Source: a virus (taxonomy: Duplodnaviria; Caudoviricetes). From it: a DNA stretch of 41,741 bases. The notes beneath the pieces were generated by a model. That model made no database searches. It was not told the origin of the DNA and saw nothing but the letters and a program-made list of their open reading frames with translations. The translations under genes were made by a program, and so were the position numbers. Of this stretch, positions 8,028 through 17,441 are shown in pieces (the first letter of the stretch is position 1; each line of letters begins with the position of its first letter). Location: IMG/VR virus record IMGVR_UViG_3300010413_000076, positions 1-41,741 of that record; one strand, given 5' to 3'.

Positions 8028-8788
8028 CCTACCAGCTCCTCTAGTAACACCCCCAAGTCGCAGTCTTCGCCCCAGTATTCGTCTCCTATCACGTCGCCGT
8101 TTATGCCGCAGTCTGTGATTTCGAAGCCGTAAAACACATCCTTGCCGCCGCCCTTGGCTGGCTTGCTATCTCTGTTTACTCGCACATTTACGTCGACGTC
8201 AAATACGGTACTTTTGTGTCCTACCGGTTCAAACCTGTTCGTCCTTGTGTCGCCTACCCATAACGGTCTAAGTTTGCGCGTCAAGATAAAGTTCTTGTCG
8301 GTCTCTCTTGCTGTGTGGATTAACATCCTGAATTCCGCGTTCACCGGCGCGTATCTGTATGTATGGTGTTCTTTCTTGCCGCTCTTCTTTACTTCCTCCA
8401 TCGGCTTCAGTCGCGCAAATTGTATCAGGTCCCACGAGTCAGACTCGGTATCCAGTATTACAGACTTGACGCCAGGACAGTCAAACGCGTCAAATATCGT
8501 ACCTTTCAGCTCATCCCATGCCTTAGCCGCTTCTTTCATGTTAGCAGGTTTTTCGATTACTTTCTCCAGTATACCAGACCGGTGGGCCTTATATCGACCG
8601 GCTAGCAGGTGTTCAATCCCTTTGTCCAAGTTCACAATTACAAGAGGCTTTGGCGCTGAAAGGCTTAAGTCGGTTTTTCCTCGCTTTTCCAGTCCCTCGA
8701 CCGCCACAATGATTCTTTCTTTTACTTTCGAGTCTTTCCCTGCCTTGAGCTTGTGTTTTGTCTTTAACTGCTCCATATTTACAACCAC
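8024..8788 (-). CDS. P-loop ATPase, Sak4/AAA_24-like
   Basis: Walker A GLEKRGKT, Walker B VILDT; adjacent to an SSB-like gene. Confidence 0.75.
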   Translation of the reverse strand: MVVNMEQLKTKHKLKAGKDSKVKERIIVAVEGLEKRGKTDLSLSAPKPLVIVNLDKGIEHLLAGRYKAHRSGILEKVIEKPANMKEAAKAWDELKGTIFDAFDCPGVKSVILDTESDSWDLIQFARLKPMEEVKKSGKKEHHTYRYAPVNAEFRMLIHTARETDKNFILTRKLRPLWVGDTRTNRFEPVGHKSTVFDVDVNVRVNRDSKPAKGGGKDVFYGFEITDCGINGDVIGDEYWGEDCDLGVLLEELVG

Positions 8789-8823
8789 CGCGTGTCTCCT
8801 TTAAGTCTCCTTGGTACCAAAGG

Positions 8824-8860
8824 AAAACGCCCGATCATCTGTTCGAATCACGGGCGTTTT
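8824..8860 (-). terminator. Intergenic hairpin, possible terminator or processing site
   Basis: AAAACGCCCG (8824-8833) / CGGGCGTTTT (8851-8860) inverted repeat. Confidence 0.5.
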
Positions 8861-8892
8861 AGTTTCCTTTACGTTGTTGGCGTTACTTCACG

Positions 8893-9732
8893 CTATACGG
8901 CGTATACGGTGTCGTCGCTTTCGTCGAATTCCCAGTCTTCGGCATGATCGGCACTGCCGAGCCAGTCAGCGTCCAGTATGATGTTCAAGACTGCCTGTTT
9001 GCCGCGTCCTGTTACGTTGCTGTACGCCCTGCTGCCGAGGTCTTCACGGTTGACGCCTTGCTCTTTGGCTTCGTCGCCCATTTCTTCGAGCGTGGCCAAG
9101 ATAGCTGCCTTGGCGCGGGATTCGTCATCGTCACCACCCTTGTCAGTTGCTTTTGACTTGCTGCTGGCCTTATCAGCAGGCTTAACCTTGCTGCTGGCCT
9201 TAGCCGTCTTGCTGCTGGACTTGCTGGTCTTGCTCGATCGGCTGCTGGCTTTGCTTCCACCCTTCCCAGGCATGTTGACGATTTGATCTACGATCGGCAC
9301 CGTACCTACTTTTCGCTTGTGGCCGTCTTCGTCTTCCAGATCCTCTCGGCCTTCGGGCTTTACCTGGATAAAGTGGTACTCGCCGCCTTCAAACACTGAA
9401 ATGTCTTCGTCCACGTCCTCTTCAGGGAAGCCTGAGTTAATCAAGGACGCCAGCAACATGCCAGCATTTGACTTTTCGTGCAGGCTTGTTTTGCTGCTCA
9501 GGGGCAACAACTCTCTGCCGTCTTCGCTTGGAGACCAGTCACCTTCTTTGCCACAACTCCAAGCCTGTACGCGTTCTTCGCCGTCTTCAGTTTCACCTCT
9601 GAACACGATGGCCGGTCTTTCCCCTGAATCGCCAAATGCGAACATTTCGAACCTGGATGAACTTACAGACATAACAACATCGTTGAGTATGCCGCCAGAT
9701 GATAAATTACTCGGTTTAATGCTTACACCCAT
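8893..9732 (-). CDS. Putative single-stranded DNA-binding or annealing protein
   Basis: Beta-rich acidic N-terminal domain, K/S-rich linker and acidic C-terminus; lies between helicase and ATPase. Function inferred from context. Confidence 0.45.
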   Translation of the reverse strand: MGVSIKPSNLSSGGILNDVVMSVSSSRFEMFAFGDSGERPAIVFRGETEDGEERVQAWSCGKEGDWSPSEDGRELLPLSSKTSLHEKSNAGMLLASLINSGFPEEDVDEDISVFEGGEYHFIQVKPEGREDLEDEDGHKRKVGTVPIVDQIVNMPGKGGSKASSRSSKTSKSSSKTAKASSKVKPADKASSKSKATDKGGDDDESRAKAAILATLEEMGDEAKEQGVNREDLGSRAYSNVTGRGKQAVLNIILDADWLGSADHAEDWEFDESDDTVYAV

Positions 9733-9789
9733 TTCAATTCTCCTTACGGCCTTTGCCGCACATACGTTGTTGATTCGTTTTGTTTGGCG

Positions 9790-9805
9790 TGTTTCACGTG
9801 AAACA
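9790..9805. promoter_or_regulatory. parS site (perfect consensus)
   Basis: TGTTTCACGTGAAACA, the canonical bacterial chromosomal ParB/Spo0J-binding palindrome; intergenic. Confidence 0.85.
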
Positions 9806-9828
9806 CTTAACTGATGTAACTACGTAAT

Positions 9829-11421
9829 TTACGCCGCGTGTCTTTCTCCTTCCTGTTGCGGGTCTAGTGGTTTAGGTACCGTCCTGAGCGTTTTTATAGC
9901 GTCTATGAAGTAGTTAGGCAGAAATCTAGCATAACGTCGAATGAACCACGTAATTGAGTCGTCTATTATAAACGTCTCGCACCAGTCACCCAATCCTCGT
10001 GGGCCTCTTCCTGCTGCTTGCACTAGCTTGAGCGACGTCAAATAACTCATGTATGCATCGTCGTCTTTAGCTCTGGCCTTAAGCAGCAAATCCTGTGAGG
10101 ATGGGTACGGCAATTTAGCGATTATCTGCCACCTACATTGATCATGCGGGAAGTCAAGGCCAGTAGATACTGACGGACTCACCAGTATTCTGGCCTCAGG
10201 TTTATCAGCGTAATGCTTGAACTCTTCCATGGCAAGCATCAGACCGGCGCTGTCGTCATGCGTCAACATCAGGTCCTTCAACCTAGATCTACTTATTATA
10301 TGCTTTGCTCGTGAGTATGACTGTGTGTGTATAATTCCGTTGCGACCAAGGTCTACTCTAGGCCCAGCTATCTGGTCTATTCTGGCGTGCCACTTATTAA
10401 GTTCTAGCGTGTCAGTCTTGAAGTTGAGTCTTACGGTGGGGATGTGGATTATCTGTCTGCGCCACTGTTCTATTCGTGGTTCTGTTCTGATGACGTTCCA
10501 GGGCTTTGGCGGTCCTGCTATCTCAAGGACCTTATCTGTCACGATGGCTGACGTAAGAAATCTTCCGCTAGTCGTCTGCCATAATGCTGCGTCGGCTAAC
10601 CACTGCGTGTCCTTGGCTCTGAGCAACGTTCCTTTCTTTTTGCGTTCTATGATTAACTCGCTATGGGATGCCGCCCCTGCTATGGCCTCAAGTCCATATT
10701 TCAACTCAGTCATAGCTATTCGGTCTCCATCCGTCATGATGCCCTTTTCCAGCCTTAACGCCACTGTATCGTAAGCATCGTCTAGCCAGTCCACTAACGC
10801 CCTTTGTCCTCCTGACGTAGGCGGCACCCCACACCATTTGTCGTGCGCATACACAGTTGCTGCACTGTCTACATGGTCCATCAGTTCGTGGGCCTCATCA
10901 CATATCAAGTAATCGAACTCGCCCAACGTCTTTTTCTTCCAGTGAGCCAACCACATAGCGTATGATGTAACCACCACTCGTGCCATGGAAGCGTCATATA
11001 ACTGTTGCCGATATGGACAGCCAAACTCCTTCCACATCTTCCGTTTGCCGCGCACTACGTTTTGACCCTCAGCGTATTTACACCTGTACCCAGTCCTACA
11101 TGGCCCTATGGCACATGACCGCTTTATTACTCTACACTCAAATGCTGCCCTACCCCTAACGTCCACAACTTTTCCACCAGACCCGAAATCCTTGTTTAGC
11201 TGGTCTTGTAGCCCTTTAGTACCAGTCAGTATGCACGTTCTACCTTTTTTGAGCAAAGCGCCGGCCACGTAGGCTAGAGATTTGCCGAACGCGGTTGGAC
11301 ACTGAGCCACTAGCGTTCCGTTGCCGTCGTCTTCCATGATGGCCTTAGCCACTTCGTCTTGTCTTGGCTGCCATGTCGTGAACTTGCTTCCAAGTCCTAG
11401 AGCGTTAGGGGTGGGCAACAT
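9829..11421 (-). CDS. DinG/XPD-family SF2 helicase with putative Fe-S cysteines
   Basis: Q motif (WQPRQ), CPTAFGKS, LQDQL, Cys cluster ending CPY, DEAH, GLDFP, KLPYP, QAAGRGPR. Confidence 0.9.
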   Translation of the reverse strand: MLPTPNALGLGSKFTTWQPRQDEVAKAIMEDDGNGTLVAQCPTAFGKSLAYVAGALLKKGRTCILTGTKGLQDQLNKDFGSGGKVVDVRGRAAFECRVIKRSCAIGPCRTGYRCKYAEGQNVVRGKRKMWKEFGCPYRQQLYDASMARVVVTSYAMWLAHWKKKTLGEFDYLICDEAHELMDHVDSAATVYAHDKWCGVPPTSGGQRALVDWLDDAYDTVALRLEKGIMTDGDRIAMTELKYGLEAIAGAASHSELIIERKKKGTLLRAKDTQWLADAALWQTTSGRFLTSAIVTDKVLEIAGPPKPWNVIRTEPRIEQWRRQIIHIPTVRLNFKTDTLELNKWHARIDQIAGPRVDLGRNGIIHTQSYSRAKHIISRSRLKDLMLTHDDSAGLMLAMEEFKHYADKPEARILVSPSVSTGLDFPHDQCRWQIIAKLPYPSSQDLLLKARAKDDDAYMSYLTSLKLVQAAGRGPRGLGDWCETFIIDDSITWFIRRYARFLPNYFIDAIKTLRTVPKPLDPQQEGERHAA

Positions 11422-11433
11422 AATTTAATCCTC

Positions 11434-13462
11434 CTAGTATGCCGGACAGCCGATGCAGTCGTATCGTTCGTCGCAGTCTTCAACGTCGTCGCAGGTTATA
11501 TGATGTTTCTTGGGGGCGTCTGCGCCGTCTGCGCCGTCTGCGGTTTCATCCTCAGGTTCGGGTTCAGGTTTTTTCTTTCTGGCCCACTGGGCAGCTTTCG
11601 CAATGCTCGGTGCTGCAGCCGTCCGCGTCTGGACAGTTTGCAGCACCATCACTGCCTTCAACCGGTCCTTCAACCGGTCCTTCCATCTGGTCGTCGACGA
11701 CTACGTCGCCAGTACCTGCTGCGTTAGTTGTAGGGCATTCAGGCGAATCATGGTACACTGACCGATCTGCGCCGCCAGCATCGCTACAAGCAGCACATTC
11801 TATTGTGTCTGGTTCTACTTCTGGTTCTACTTCCACTTCTACTCCCGCTTCGCCCTCGTCCGCGTCGGATCTTTTAGCCTTAGCCGCTTCTATCTCGGCC
11901 TCTTCTGTTGCCTTGTTGCGCACTATTATAGGACACTCCAAGCATAGAATGCCGCCACATTCCTTGACGTTTCCACAACCGAATTTCGGGTCTTTAGCCC
12001 CCTCAGCAATTGTAGTCGTCCTTCTCAGCACTGCTTCCTCGTGAGTCTCCTCCTTCGCGGCTTCGGTCTCCTCGTCGTCCGTGGCCCCATCTACGTGGTC
12101 ATCTACGTGACCCATAACTTTGCCTTCGTCGTTCGCGTCGTCCTCGCCGCCATCCTTGCTCGTCATATCTATTTTAGGCAGGGTTTCGTTGTTGTCGTCC
12201 GCTTCCGACGGCGTTGGCGCTTCGACTATTTCAAACTCAGAAGCTGTCGTGGGTTCTCCTGCCTTGTCTTCATCTATAATCATAGGACATTCAGCACATT
12301 TCACCCCTGTACAGCTTTCCACATCGATACACGCATATGGTGGCGTTGCCTCTGGTCTAAGCACTAGACCAAGTCTATCGGCTTTCGTCCGTGAGTCTTC
12401 CTCTTCTTCCTCTTCTTCCTCTTCTTCCTCTTCTTCCTCTGCCTCCTCCTCGTCTTCCTTGGTAGTCTCCTTTAATTCCACGGTGAAGGGTTCCTCCGTC
12501 AGGCCAGGGTCACCCCCTGCTACGTCTTCTGTTAAGTTTCCTTTGCTCTCGTCAGCAGAAACGGCGGGGTTGTCTACTACTACTGCTTCCCCCACAAGCT
12601 TTCCGTCTATTTCCACGTTCACTACCCTGCCGACGGCATGTCCTGTGAGCTTCTTGTCTTCCTTGTCGTCGTATTCCGTCACCCCTGCCGTCAACAACTT
12701 GCGCATTAGATCGGGTCCTGTAAGCAGAGGGATACCAAACATATGGCGCGGTTTGAATTCAGGCTCACGCCTTCCGGCAGGAGGGCCACCGAAGATCTCT
12801 TTAAATAGGTCTTCCAGATCCACGTTGCGCGCCATGCCCATGATTCTGTCATCCGTTTTAACCGCCCTTGCGTATTCTACTTCTACTCTTACGTCCTGAC
12901 CGTGAGTCATAACGGAATCTGCAGCAGCCGAAATGGTGCAACCCAAACACGCACCCACTGCGGCGTGCTCTATTTTGCTTGTACGCCTTGCGCCCGACGC
13001 CGCCCCTTTCCGGTCAACTATGGGCGTACATTCTTGACCATCAGGAAGGCTGAAGCACACGTCATACGTAGTGCCTTTGGCGTTGACGTCTTTGGACATT
13101 TTAACGCTCCAACCTTCCTGCGCCAGATGGAACATCTTGATTGCTGCCGTTATGTGACATTCGCTTATACCGGAAGGCCCCAGTACAAATCCTTCCGTTC
13201 TACTGTCCGGTCTGTGGTCATGGCGCGGTCGAGGATCATCGAACCTGCCGACTCTATTCATTTCTTGCATGGCGCTCATGTCGTCCAGGTCGTCTGTGCC
13301 TACAAAGTCACTTACACCCACGCCGAATACGCTGTTAGGTCCGCCAGATCTGTCGAACGCCTGATGCATGACTGCCATAGCGCTCAAAAGCCCCGCTATA
13401 TTAAGTCCGCGTCTTCCACCACTTCCGCTACTTCCACACCCGTTACCGTTCCCCGCGTTCAT
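11434..13462 (-). CDS. Large acidic protein with repeated 4-Cys modules; frame break near 11570
   Basis: 632-aa ORF 11564..13462 plus a +1-frame tail to 11434 carrying another copy of the Cys module; poly-Glu tract. Confidence 0.65.
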
Positions 13463-14016
13463 TTTTTATCTCCTCTGGTTGTGAGTTTCGCCTTACGCGC
13501 CCCTCGTTTTAAGTGTCCAAATCTTGACGTCAGTTCCTCTTCGTACCTCGTCCTCCTCTTAGATTCTTTAGGCATTTGCTTTATGATGCTTTCGATCCTT
13601 AGCAACAGCGCCTGCGCTTCTCCATCTAAACCTTTGCCCATCTTGTAGTCAATGGCTGTGCCTAGTCGGCCAAACGTTTCTTCGAATTCACGTTCGAATT
13701 CCTGTTCGGCTATAACTTCCATAATCAGATCCGTCTGCACCAACCCCATAGATAGCGCTAATTCGCTAGCATCGTTCTCGTCCAACCACTTGAGATGTCT
13801 AGTCATGGCATGACGCATGAATTGCCCTTTGTTCTCGTATAGTTTGGTTTTATTTACTACTTTAGTCATGGCAGCATCATGACCGGGTTGACATCTAAAA
13901 TACTGTTTGATGCTGTTGCCCTTGGAGTCTGACGGAGGTATGCGGAAATTTTCCTTTTTTGCTGCTTGTTCACGTTTCTTGCTTGTGGCCTTCGTTGAGG
14001 GCTTAGTTGTCGCCAC
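13459..14016 (-). CDS. Hypothetical DNA-binding protein, possibly ribbon-helix-helix
   Basis: QYFRC...LYENKGQFMRHAMTRHL resembles an RHH; basic termini. Confidence 0.5.
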   Translation of the reverse strand: MATTKPSTKATSKKREQAAKKENFRIPPSDSKGNSIKQYFRCQPGHDAAMTKVVNKTKLYENKGQFMRHAMTRHLKWLDENDASELALSMGLVQTDLIMEVIAEQEFEREFEETFGRLGTAIDYKMGKGLDGEAQALLLRIESIIKQMPKESKRRTRYEEELTSRFGHLKRGARKAKLTTRGDKK

Positions 14017-14458
14017 GCTCTATTCTCCTGTCCTCAAGCCAAGCAACGGCTTTGGCGTACGGTACTTGTAAGTAGTTGGCCAGCTTTAACATTGACGCCT
14101 CTCTTGGGTTCCTTTTGCGTTTGATCCAACACGATACAGTGGAAGACGACAGCCCCAGTTCTCTAGCCAAAGCGTTTACCGGTACTTTATCGGCCTTCAG
14201 CATCTTTTTTGGCGTCCAACTATTCTGTTTGCCGTTCATGTCCTCGTTCCCTTCCATCCCCATGGTATGTGACAGGGCATCTCCTACACAAGCGTTCATC
14301 TCTGCTAGCACGCTGCACGTAGTCACCTTGTCGGCGTTCTTCCTCAACTTCTGTATTTCGCGCTTTATCCTTCTATACTCTAAGCTGTTACTGCCGTGGC
14401 GTTCTCTGGCAGCGTCTAGGTCTACTTGCAACAAGGCCATTTTGATGCCGTCATCCAT
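14003..14458 (-). CDS. XRE/Cro-type helix-turn-helix regulator
   Basis: VNALARELGLSSSTVSCWIKRKRNP...KLANYLQV. Confidence 0.8.
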   Translation of the reverse strand: MDDGIKMALLQVDLDAARERHGSNSLEYRRIKREIQKLRKNADKVTTCSVLAEMNACVGDALSHTMGMEGNEDMNGKQNSWTPKKMLKADKVPVNALARELGLSSSTVSCWIKRKRNPREASMLKLANYLQVPYAKAVAWLEDRRIERGDN

Positions 14459-14711
14459 CTTTTGGCGACCTTCTCATGCCGAAATGCTCTTCTGCACATT
14501 CTGGACAGTAGAATACGCTACAATATAAACATCTAACCATCTGCCACCACGGAAGCAGTTTGTTACACCCACAGCGTATCTTTAGCTTAGTTAGCGGCAT
14601 GCCCAACTTCTCTTGGTCGAACATCAACCTTATTTGGCTGGCCATAAACTCAAGTTTACGTCTGCGTTCTTCCGGCGTTGCGTTACTTTGATATACAGGC
14701 AGGTCTATCAT
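14451..14711 (-). CDS. Small zinc-binding protein (CGC...CLYCSVFYCPECAEEHF)
   Basis: GAAGGAG RBS; Cys/His motif. Confidence 0.65.
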   Translation of the reverse strand: MIDLPVYQSNATPEERRRKLEFMASQIRLMFDQEKLGMPLTKLKIRCGCNKLLPWWQMVRCLYCSVFYCPECAEEHFGMRRSPKDG

Positions 14712-14789
14712 GATGCTCCTTCACATGCTCCAGAGACCCCCAGAAAAGAAAAGATCTGCGCACGCACGCACGCGTGGTCCGAGGGGTCG

Positions 14790-14935
14790 TTGACAGAGAC
14801 AAGAAGACAAGAAGACAAGAAGACAGTGGACGTCGGACAAGAAGACAAAGGACAAAGGACCAAAGACTATATATACATAACTTACCGTCACCCGTCCTAC
14901 CGTCCACTATTAAGTTATCATTATTATTATTATGC
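14790..14935. repeat. Iteron-like GACAAGAA repeats next to an AT-rich tract; candidate replication origin
   Basis: GACAAGAA x3 in tandem plus degenerate GACAAAG copies, then TATATAT and (TTA)n; intergenic. Confidence 0.5.
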
Positions 14936-15384
14936 TAACTTCTGTCTCCTCTGCCGTCTCCTCTGCTCCTCCACTCGCGCATGTAACGCGTCCTGTGATC
15001 TTTGTTTTTGTTGCGCCAGCGTTTCTGTCTGGCCTTTTTGTTGTCGGCTATCGTGTCTGCGTCCGTCTCTAGCCACGCAATTACTCTGTCTAGCCTGTCC
15101 GCCACGTTGGCCAGCACTGCCCACACGTGTTGTTGCGTCAGCCACCCTCTACATTTGCCGCAGGTGATCCACCTACGCTGCATTTGCGTCGACAAGTCCC
15201 ACACGTCAATGTTGCCTTCTAGTAAGCTGACATGTGTTTGGCGTGCTTTATTTTGCCAGCACACACACGTAATTACCTTGACTGAATGGCCCACTAACGC
15301 ACATGTCACTGGCCTTGCCCCGTCGTCCGCCTTACACGTCAGAACCCTGAAACACTTCCCGTCGTTCTCACACAATTTACTCAT
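14935..15384 (-). CDS. Cys-rich hypothetical protein with Arg-rich tail
   Basis: AGGAGG RBS; co-oriented. Confidence 0.65.
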   Translation of the reverse strand: MSKLCENDGKCFRVLTCKADDGARPVTCALVGHSVKVITCVCWQNKARQTHVSLLEGNIDVWDLSTQMQRRWITCGKCRGWLTQQHVWAVLANVADRLDRVIAWLETDADTIADNKKARQKRWRNKNKDHRTRYMREWRSRGDGRGDRS

Positions 15385-15400
15385 TAGACCCCCTCCTGGT

Positions 15401-15649
15401 CTACATCGCGTCGGCGTTCTTAATCCCCTCGAAGTCTAAACAGCCAGCTAAACACTCTGGGTCGTCGGTAGCGACATTACGGCATCTACTGGCCTTTCCA
15501 GCATCTTCCACCTCTACCCCTATGGCACAAAATTTTTCGTGTTCGGGCGAATTGCACCTTTGCGCCTTGGTGCACATAAAGCAACAGGTGGATCGGCACG
15601 TTGCTGTTAGTGCCTCACCACCTGCCGTCGCCCCGTGTGTGGGGGCCAT
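15401..15649 (-). CDS. Cys-rich hypothetical protein
   Basis: Tightly packed between neighbours. Confidence 0.6.
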   Translation of the reverse strand: MAPTHGATAGGEALTATCRSTCCFMCTKAQRCNSPEHEKFCAIGVEVEDAGKASRCRNVATDDPECLAGCLDFEGIKNADAM

Positions 15650-15651
15650 GA

Positions 15652-16131
15652 TTAACTTTTGTCCGCTTTGGAGGGCTTCAGGCTGCTGGACTTGCGGTCT
15701 TTATTGCCAGGACGTACAGTTTTAGGTTTTGACGCTGGGGGTGTCTCTGCCGTCTCCTCTGCCGTCTCCTCTGCCTTTGTCGCCTTACCCCCTGCCTTAG
15801 TGCCTACTGCTGCCTTCTTTACTTCCCTTTCAGTCTTCTTTGACTCCTTGAGGTCTTTCTGTTTGGGCTTACCTTTACACGCACCAAACAGCTGCTTACA
15901 TACATCCTGCCCTGCTTGCGTCATCGCCCACACATCGCGTTTAATTTTGGTTATAATGTTTTTGCGCTCCATCGTGGCCATGATGCCTGCTGCAGCGTGG
16001 CCGCTAAGGTCACTATTGGTCGAAATCGTGTGGCGATTAAATTGGCAGCGGTAATCATCCGCGTGGATGGCCTTCAGCGCCTGTTCCTCTTTGGGGGTAA
16101 GTCCAAGTTCTTTTGCCGTTACTTTTGCCAT
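15652..16131 (-). CDS. Winged-helix-like protein with Lys-rich tail
   Basis: LTPKEEQALKAI...MATMERKNII...WAMTQAG wHTH pattern; AGGAG RBS. Confidence 0.6.
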   Translation of the reverse strand: MAKVTAKELGLTPKEEQALKAIHADDYRCQFNRHTISTNSDLSGHAAAGIMATMERKNIITKIKRDVWAMTQAGQDVCKQLFGACKGKPKQKDLKESKKTEREVKKAAVGTKAGGKATKAEETAEETAETPPASKPKTVRPGNKDRKSSSLKPSKADKS

Positions 16132-16190
16132 GGTGCGTCTCCTACAAGTTGTGGGGCTGCGTTATTGCTGCCCTCCATCGTGTTAACTAC

Positions 16191-16220
16191 ATTTTATCAT
16201 AGGTGTTGACATCGTGTCAA
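16191..16220 (-). promoter_or_regulatory. Sigma70-type promoter with overlapping palindrome
   Basis: Minus strand TTGACA-18 bp-TAAAAT with extended TG; TTGACAcgaTGTCAA palindrome. Confidence 0.8.
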
Positions 16221-16426
16221 TATCCTGATGACTGCTGCCTTAAATTTGCCTCTTCCATCATCATGTCGTCGCATGCTGCAGGGGCGTGCTGCACTACTCG
16301 CCTCAACGCCTTACAACAGAAGCAATACCCACAACGGCATCTATGCCTGATTGCTGTGCGCGCTGACTCTAGGTACGCGTCTACTACATTATTGCCGTCC
16401 TGGTCTGCTAGGTGGGGGTAACTCAC
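16217..16426 (-). CDS. Small Cys-rich hypothetical protein
   Basis: GTG start just after the upstream stop. Confidence 0.45.
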   Translation of the reverse strand: MSYPHLADQDGNNVVDAYLESARTAIRHRCRCGYCFCCKALRRVVQHAPAACDDMMMEEANLRQQSSGY

Positions 16427-16428
16427 GT

Positions 16429-16773
16429 CTAGCCTTTCACCACTTCTCGTGTTGCGTTACGCGCTTTGTACGTCTCACACCACATGTCGCACTCTTCGTC
16501 TGTGCACCACTCATCCGTGGCCACGTACCCGTGCGCAATATGCCTTAGGATTGTATCAGGCGTGAGGCTGTAAGGCTTGTGCATCAACTCCACCAGTTCT
16601 GGCATTCGGTACTTCAACATTGACGCTATAAACATTGACGCAGGATCATGCCTTTTAGGCTCTACCACCCATATGCCGTGGGGGTATATGCTAACTTCAA
16701 CTATACCACCATTTTCCGGCAATAAGATTAACGTTCGTCTTATCCCTTCAGTCTTTATTTCCGCCTTAAACAT
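16429..16773 (-). CDS. Hypothetical protein
   Basis: GGAGG RBS, downstream of a promoter. Confidence 0.65.
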   Translation of the reverse strand: MFKAEIKTEGIRRTLILLPENGGIVEVSIYPHGIWVVEPKRHDPASMFIASMLKYRMPELVELMHKPYSLTPDTILRHIAHGYVATDEWCTDEECDMWCETYKARNATREVVKG

Positions 16774-16814
16774 TTCGTCCCTCCAGGTTATTAGTTGCCG
16801 CTAGCTACAACTAC

Positions 16815-16844
16815 ATTTTATCATAGGCGTTGACTCCCTGTCAA
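16815..16844 (-). promoter_or_regulatory. Sigma70-type promoter with overlapping palindrome
   Basis: TTGACA-18 bp-TAAAAT with extended TG; TTGAC-aggga-GTCAA. Confidence 0.8.
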
Positions 16845-16968
16845 TACTTCTTCTTGCTTCCCGCTACCTGCCACCTTCTACGTCATTGGCCGATCGGTCC
16901 TACGTCTCACTAACATTTACAGCAGGACGCAGGACCTAGCAGCTCGTGACTATTGCTAGTCTATCTAG

Positions 16969-17367
16969 CTATTTGCCGTCCCCACCATTCCTCCCGTGTT
17001 TTTCTCTATGCTTGATGTGCGGGTCTGGTACGTTGAAGTAATCTCTACCAGCTTTTCTCATCCAGCCAGTTCTCAGTATTACGCGTTGCGGTACGCCTGC
17101 ATTATCCCTGAATACCTTAGCTATAATACGAGTACCGTACGAGTTGTCAATCATGTGAGCATGTCTGGCCTGCGCCGTCTTACTGGTACATTCCATGTGT
17201 GGTACTCGCCCCTCGAACGTTAGTATGTCATTTAACCCTGACCCTTTAGGCTGGAATGCCAAACCTCGTACTACTGCCTGTATCGTCGTTGCGTCGTGCG
17301 TCTCCCTGTCGCAGTATTGCTCCATCTGTATATGTCCGTCTACGGATTCCTTTACCAATATTATCAT
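16969..17367 (-). CDS. Hypothetical protein
   Basis: ORF with purine-rich upstream sequence. Confidence 0.6.
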   Translation of the reverse strand: MIILVKESVDGHIQMEQYCDRETHDATTIQAVVRGLAFQPKGSGLNDILTFEGRVPHMECTSKTAQARHAHMIDNSYGTRIIAKVFRDNAGVPQRVILRTGWMRKAGRDYFNVPDPHIKHREKHGRNGGDGK

Positions 17368-17441
17368 CTTACCACCTTCCCGCGCCTACGCGCCGTTAGT
17401 TGGAGGGCTGGCCTGCATTGCACCAGCCCCGCCGTTATTGC

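Noticed and set aside
12570-12970. Hot-dog/thioesterase-like pattern in the acidic protein
   Set aside because: The resemblance is fragmentary and interrupted; not supportable without a profile search
14790-14870. CRISPR array
   Set aside because: Repeats are 7-8 bp with no unique spacers, and no cas genes are present
14613-15167. Plus-strand ORF as a replication initiator containing iterons
   Set aside because: It overlaps two better-supported minus-strand genes and has no RBS or initiator motifs
16773-16971. Genome-wide TAG recoding, suggested by five in-frame TAGs here and by TAG-only extensions at 2342, 14935 and 22960
   Set aside because: Conserved genes are intact under the standard code, many TAG stops abut the next RBS, and this stretch contains a promoter
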